The notes beneath the pieces are model-generated. The model was not told the origin of the DNA, searched no databases, and was given only the letters and a program-made list of their open reading frames with translations. Below, in pieces: positions 58,535 to 64,000 of a DNA stretch of 64,000 bases; position 1 is the first letter of the stretch, and each line of letters opens with the position of its first letter. Source of the stretch: Patescibacteria group bacterium (GTDB lineage: Bacteria; Patescibacteriota; Microgenomatia; Daviesbacterales; UBA10151); NCBI GenBank assembly GCA_023379125.1, contig JAMCSY010000010.1, forward strand, positions 913-64,912, written 5' to 3'. The position numbers and the translations under genes were made by a program.

Positions 58535-59956
58535 CTATATAGTAATAATGATCTTAATTGCAGTTTTTACAAAAGTTTTCCAATGATGTGTTTGGCAAAA
58601 AGTTTTCAGACTAGTGAATACTAAAAAATAGCTTAAGGGTATTAAGTAGCTTGCTGAACGCAATAGAGAAACATTTAATTCTTCCCACCAATTACCCGCA
58701 AATGATGCACCGTATAATCCCATACAATACATAAGCAAGCTTAAGCCAATCACTAGTTTGATAAATAGCATTGAACGGGTAACTGCATGCCTACCTTGTG
58801 TATTTGTTGTGGCAAAGAGACTGGCAATAAAAATGAACAAGCTCACTCCCCAGGAAAATATCAGGAATTTGATTAAGTTGATAACGTGTTGCAACTCATT
58901 ATCTTTTATAATATTTAAGGGTGCATATAGATAATTGAAGGAGCTTTGACTTAGTGTGCTGGCAATGTTATGGACAAAGTATCTCCAACTCGAATATTCA
59001 AGTAACGAAACTGCCATAAGCATCAATCCGTATATAAAATATATCTTGTAATGAAGGAGGGTTTTAATAGGTTTAGTGAAGAATCTCTTAAGATTTTTGA
59101 TCAACTCAGCTGCTATGGTTAGGAAATAAGCAATGGTGACCCCTAACCACACAAGTTCTTCAAACCTGATCCATTGTGAAAGGGCAAGCAAGAGTACTCC
59201 ACAGAAAAATTCCCAAACAAGATTGTCTCTCAAAAATCGGGCTAATAATAATATTCCATAGACTAAATATAAAGAATATGGCAAATATGTCTGCTCACTG
59301 ACTGCGGTTAAGAAAACTGTTGCATTGAAAACAATAGAAAATGTCAAAAATAACCCCCAATCAGTACCAATAAAATCTTGTGTTAGTAAGAAAACACCTA
59401 TAGCCAAAAGTATCAAATAGCCAGAGTAAATTAGACTAACGGGGAGAGGTATGTTTGCTTGGTACCAAAAATAATGAGCTATTGAAGTATAAGGAGGATA
59501 TAATAAATAATAATTTTTATCTTGAATATTATAATAAGTTAAATCGTTCATGTTAGAGAATTGGTAGCCAGCTTGGAGAAACTTGGCTCTTGCATCGTAC
59601 ATCGTGACACCGTCCCCATCGAGTGATTTTTTAGTTAAATTAATAAAAATAGATAAAGCTATTACTATAGTAATTAGAGCGATTAATATAACTCTAACTG
59701 CACTGAATTTGTTCTGATGTAAACTTATTGTTCTGCTTGTAAATAATGAGTTTGTTATTGGACGGTTATCTTTTGGTAAAACAAGTTTTTTCCACCACGA
59801 CAGACAAATCAGCAGAACAATTATTATTAGGGAGACATATTCTAACTTTGCTACTAAAGAGTAAGAAAAAGAATATTCTAAATGCAGAAAGTAAAGTTTT
59901 TCTATCAGCATTAGCAGAACCAGGAAAATACTTAACAAAAAAGTTAACTTATTCAT
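58535..59956 (-). CDS. Hypothetical polytopic membrane protein (473 aa)
   Basis: The protein has more than 10 hydrophobic helices. Its start overlaps the upstream gene in a TAATG arrangement. Confidence 0.45.
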   Translation of the reverse strand: MNKLTFLLSIFLVLLMLIEKLYFLHLEYSFSYSLVAKLEYVSLIIIVLLICLSWWKKLVLPKDNRPITNSLFTSRTISLHQNKFSAVRVILIALITIVIALSIFINLTKKSLDGDGVTMYDARAKFLQAGYQFSNMNDLTYYNIQDKNYYLLYPPYTSIAHYFWYQANIPLPVSLIYSGYLILLAIGVFLLTQDFIGTDWGLFLTFSIVFNATVFLTAVSEQTYLPYSLYLVYGILLLARFLRDNLVWEFFCGVLLLALSQWIRFEELVWLGVTIAYFLTIAAELIKNLKRFFTKPIKTLLHYKIYFIYGLMLMAVSLLEYSSWRYFVHNIASTLSQSSFNYLYAPLNIIKDNELQHVINLIKFLIFSWGVSLFIFIASLFATTNTQGRHAVTRSMLFIKLVIGLSLLMYCMGLYGASFAGNWWEELNVSLLRSASYLIPLSYFLVFTSLKTFCQTHHWKTFVKTAIKIIITI

Positions 59957-60942
59957 TAAAAGATAATTTTATATATTTTGGCGGTGCCAAGGTCTGCGAT
60001 CGTATCTAACTGTTGGTATGAAATAGGATCTTTGTAGTCAAAAAAGATAACTTTATCTTGATTGTTAATTTTCGGCCAAGGTTGTTGCGTTCTAAAAGAA
60101 TTTGATTCTACAAAATACGCCGTATTAAATTGTTTGCGAGTTATATTTAACTTTAGATAATTTCCACTTATTAAAGTACGTGGAAAGAGAAAATATCGAA
60201 CTACGAGATGATTACTGAGTAGTGGCCAATCATATACTTTCGGAGGGAGGATGACGTTGCTATACTTAGGAACAGAATTTACGAGGGCTTGGATATAGAA
60301 GTACTCTGATCCATAGTTACGATTTTTATAATTATAATCTTGTCGAAAATAAAAAATCTCTTTTGGTATTGTTATTAAATGTAGAGCTAGTCCAGAAATA
60401 ATTATTATTGCTGTAACGATTTGGGAATAATTTAGCCAGTTTATTTGAACTAAATACTTTTTTGTACGACTTGATAAGTGTTTAAATTGCCGCGTTTTTA
60501 TTAAGAGAAATATAAATATGATTAAATAAACATCTAACTTATTTTTTGTGATTAATATGTCAATAGGCAATCCTGTTGTAGAAAATAAATAATTTGGATA
60601 GTGAGATAACTCGATATTTTCAAGATAAGTAATTGATAGCTGAGATATCAATGCCGAGAGTAGAATTATTTTAAAAATAATTTTATCCTTATTTGCTCCA
60701 TGTTTTGGGTAAAAATAGATCATACCGATAAATAAAATAATAAAAGGAAGAGCTATATAGCTCGGATTGTTGGTAACTATAGAAAAAATCTCTTTATAAA
60801 AGGGGAGGAAGTTTTCTGGATAACTATGTATAAAAATTCTTAGTACAAAAAAGAGTGGAGAGAAGAGATAGAAAAACCACGCAGCTAAGACGAGGTATCG
60901 ATAATATACATGATATCTGTCATACAAACGAGCGAAAGGCAT
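59956..60942 (-). CDS. Hypothetical membrane protein (328 aa)
   Basis: The N-terminal half is multi-TM and the C-terminal half is soluble. No motifs were recognised. Confidence 0.4.
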   Translation of the reverse strand: MPFARLYDRYHVYYRYLVLAAWFFYLFSPLFFVLRIFIHSYPENFLPFYKEIFSIVTNNPSYIALPFIILFIGMIYFYPKHGANKDKIIFKIILLSALISQLSITYLENIELSHYPNYLFSTTGLPIDILITKNKLDVYLIIFIFLLIKTRQFKHLSSRTKKYLVQINWLNYSQIVTAIIIISGLALHLITIPKEIFYFRQDYNYKNRNYGSEYFYIQALVNSVPKYSNVILPPKVYDWPLLSNHLVVRYFLFPRTLISGNYLKLNITRKQFNTAYFVESNSFRTQQPWPKINNQDKVIFFDYKDPISYQQLDTIADLGTAKIYKIIF

Positions 60943-61032
60943 AAGCTATATTTTAGTAGCAAACATTGCTAAAAAAAAGCACGAGATATTATTACTTGCA
61001 GATGTAGTCATTTCCCTATTACAATCGGATCA

Positions 61033-61692
61033 ATGAATATTACAGTAGTGATTCCTGCTTACAATGAAGCAAAAAGAATTGGAGCAGTTTTAGATGCCTT
61101 GAGAAAATATAAGCTTCCAATAATAGTGGTTGACGATGGCTCCTTGGATCAAACCTATCAGGAGGCGCAAAAGGCTAATGTCATCACATTACGCCATAAG
61201 ATTAATCTTGGAAAAGGTGCTGCATTAAAAACTGGTTGCGAAGCAGCTTTTATGAATGGGGCAGAAGCAATTATTATGATGGATTCAGATGGACAACACC
61301 AAGTTAGTGATTTGCCAAAATTTATTGAAAAAATTTCCAGTGGTAATTATGATATTGTTTTTGGATCTAGAAATTATGACTTAGGTGTTCCTCTGGTTAG
61401 ATTCATTGGTAACAAACTAGCTTCTGTGATGGTTTCTTTGTCGTTTGGAATTTATGTATCTGACTTGATATGTGGATTTCGTGCTTTTACTAAAGTAGGT
61501 TATGCAAAGCTTAACTGGAGTTCTTTGGGGTATGGGGTTGAAACGGAAATGGTAATTAGAGCAGGAAAGAATAAACTTAATCGTTGCGAGGTGCCAGTAG
61601 AAGCCATATACTATGAAAAATTTAAAGGGGTTACAATTTTGGATGCTTTAGCAATTTTTTTTCATGTTTTGCGGTGGAGAATAAAACTATGA
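61033..61692 (+). CDS. GT2 polyprenyl-phosphate sugar synthase-like glycosyltransferase
   Basis: ITVVIPAYNEAKRI...IIVVDDGSLDQT...DSDGQH. Confidence 0.75.
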   Translation: MNITVVIPAYNEAKRIGAVLDALRKYKLPIIVVDDGSLDQTYQEAQKANVITLRHKINLGKGAALKTGCEAAFMNGAEAIIMMDSDGQHQVSDLPKFIEKISSGNYDIVFGSRNYDLGVPLVRFIGNKLASVMVSLSFGIYVSDLICGFRAFTKVGYAKLNWSSLGYGVETEMVIRAGKNKLNRCEVPVEAIYYEKFKGVTILDALAIFFHVLRWRIKL

Positions 61693-62040
61693 TTTTAGGT
61701 TTACAACTGATAGCTATTATTTTCGCTTTGATTATGATTTATCTTGCCTATGTACATTATTCTCGAGGTGAACTAAATGGCCTAGAAATTCTCTCTTGGA
61801 TGACTATTTGGATTTTAACGATTGTAATTGTAATTTTCCCAGACTTACTACGTACTTTTACTCAAACTTTTTCTATTTCGCGAGTCTTTGATATGATGGT
61901 GGTTGGTGGTTTTATTGTAACGATCACCTTAATTTATTTAGCTTATGTTAAAACTAATAGGATTGAAAACACGTTAGAAAAACTTATAAGAACGGAAGCT
62001 TTAGCAAAGATGAATTTGCCAGAAAGGAAACTGAGAAAAA

Positions 62041-64000
<1,960 letters not shown>

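Noticed and set aside
58535-60942. Possibility that the two adjacent minus-strand membrane ORFs are one frameshifted ~800-aa protein
   Set aside because: The junction is a classic TAATG stop/start overlap (plus strand CATTA at 59954-59958), as expected for translational coupling. I see no sequence continuity evidence across the junction, so they are kept as two genes.

Overview
This 64 kb window is AT-rich, densely coded, and uses the standard bacterial code: RF2 is present and TGA serves as a stop. Short housekeeping genes, many small membrane proteins and the absence of mobile elements look like a Patescibacteria/CPR genome (Microgenomates-like). That taxonomic placement is inference.

Bases 1-11 kb carry housekeeping genes, mostly on the minus strand. 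These are the 5' part of secA, tsaE, an EnvC-like M23 peptidase with ftsX and ftsE, prfB, and a short tsaB.

Bases 11.5-64 kb form one very large cell-envelope glycosylation island, almost entirely on the plus strand. It contains:
- Sugar-nucleotide genes: a long-form RmlA-like nucleotidyltransferase, GDP-mannose 4,6-dehydratase at 12.7 kb, and GDP-fucose synthase at 62.8 kb.
- A YjjX-like NTPase interrupted by a frameshift in a T6 run.
- About 13 GT2 polyprenyl-phosphate-sugar-synthase-like genes, one fused to a GtrA domain, and 2 GT4 genes.
- One Wzx-type flippase.
- At least 20 polytopic membrane proteins that look like GT-C glycosyltransferases, in at least five paralogous families:
  - Family A: seven ArnT/PMT-like genes with WDE...GYNAYS motifs, plus one degenerate copy.
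  - Family B: four tandem genes plus one partial copy of an uncharacterised family with DD..RI.EM / DGQIPCRWVPD / QFPWRFL motifs.
  - Family C: two genes (DUF2029-like).
  - Family D: two genes with an HDxxWH motif, one fused to a large secreted domain.
  - Family E: two genes with an FDG..Y...FFPGYP motif.

No rRNA, tRNA, CRISPR array, transposase or integrase was recognised. The most notable content is the tandemly amplified, multi-family GT-C and GT2 machinery, together with P/T/S-rich surface proteins that are plausible O-glycosylation substrates.
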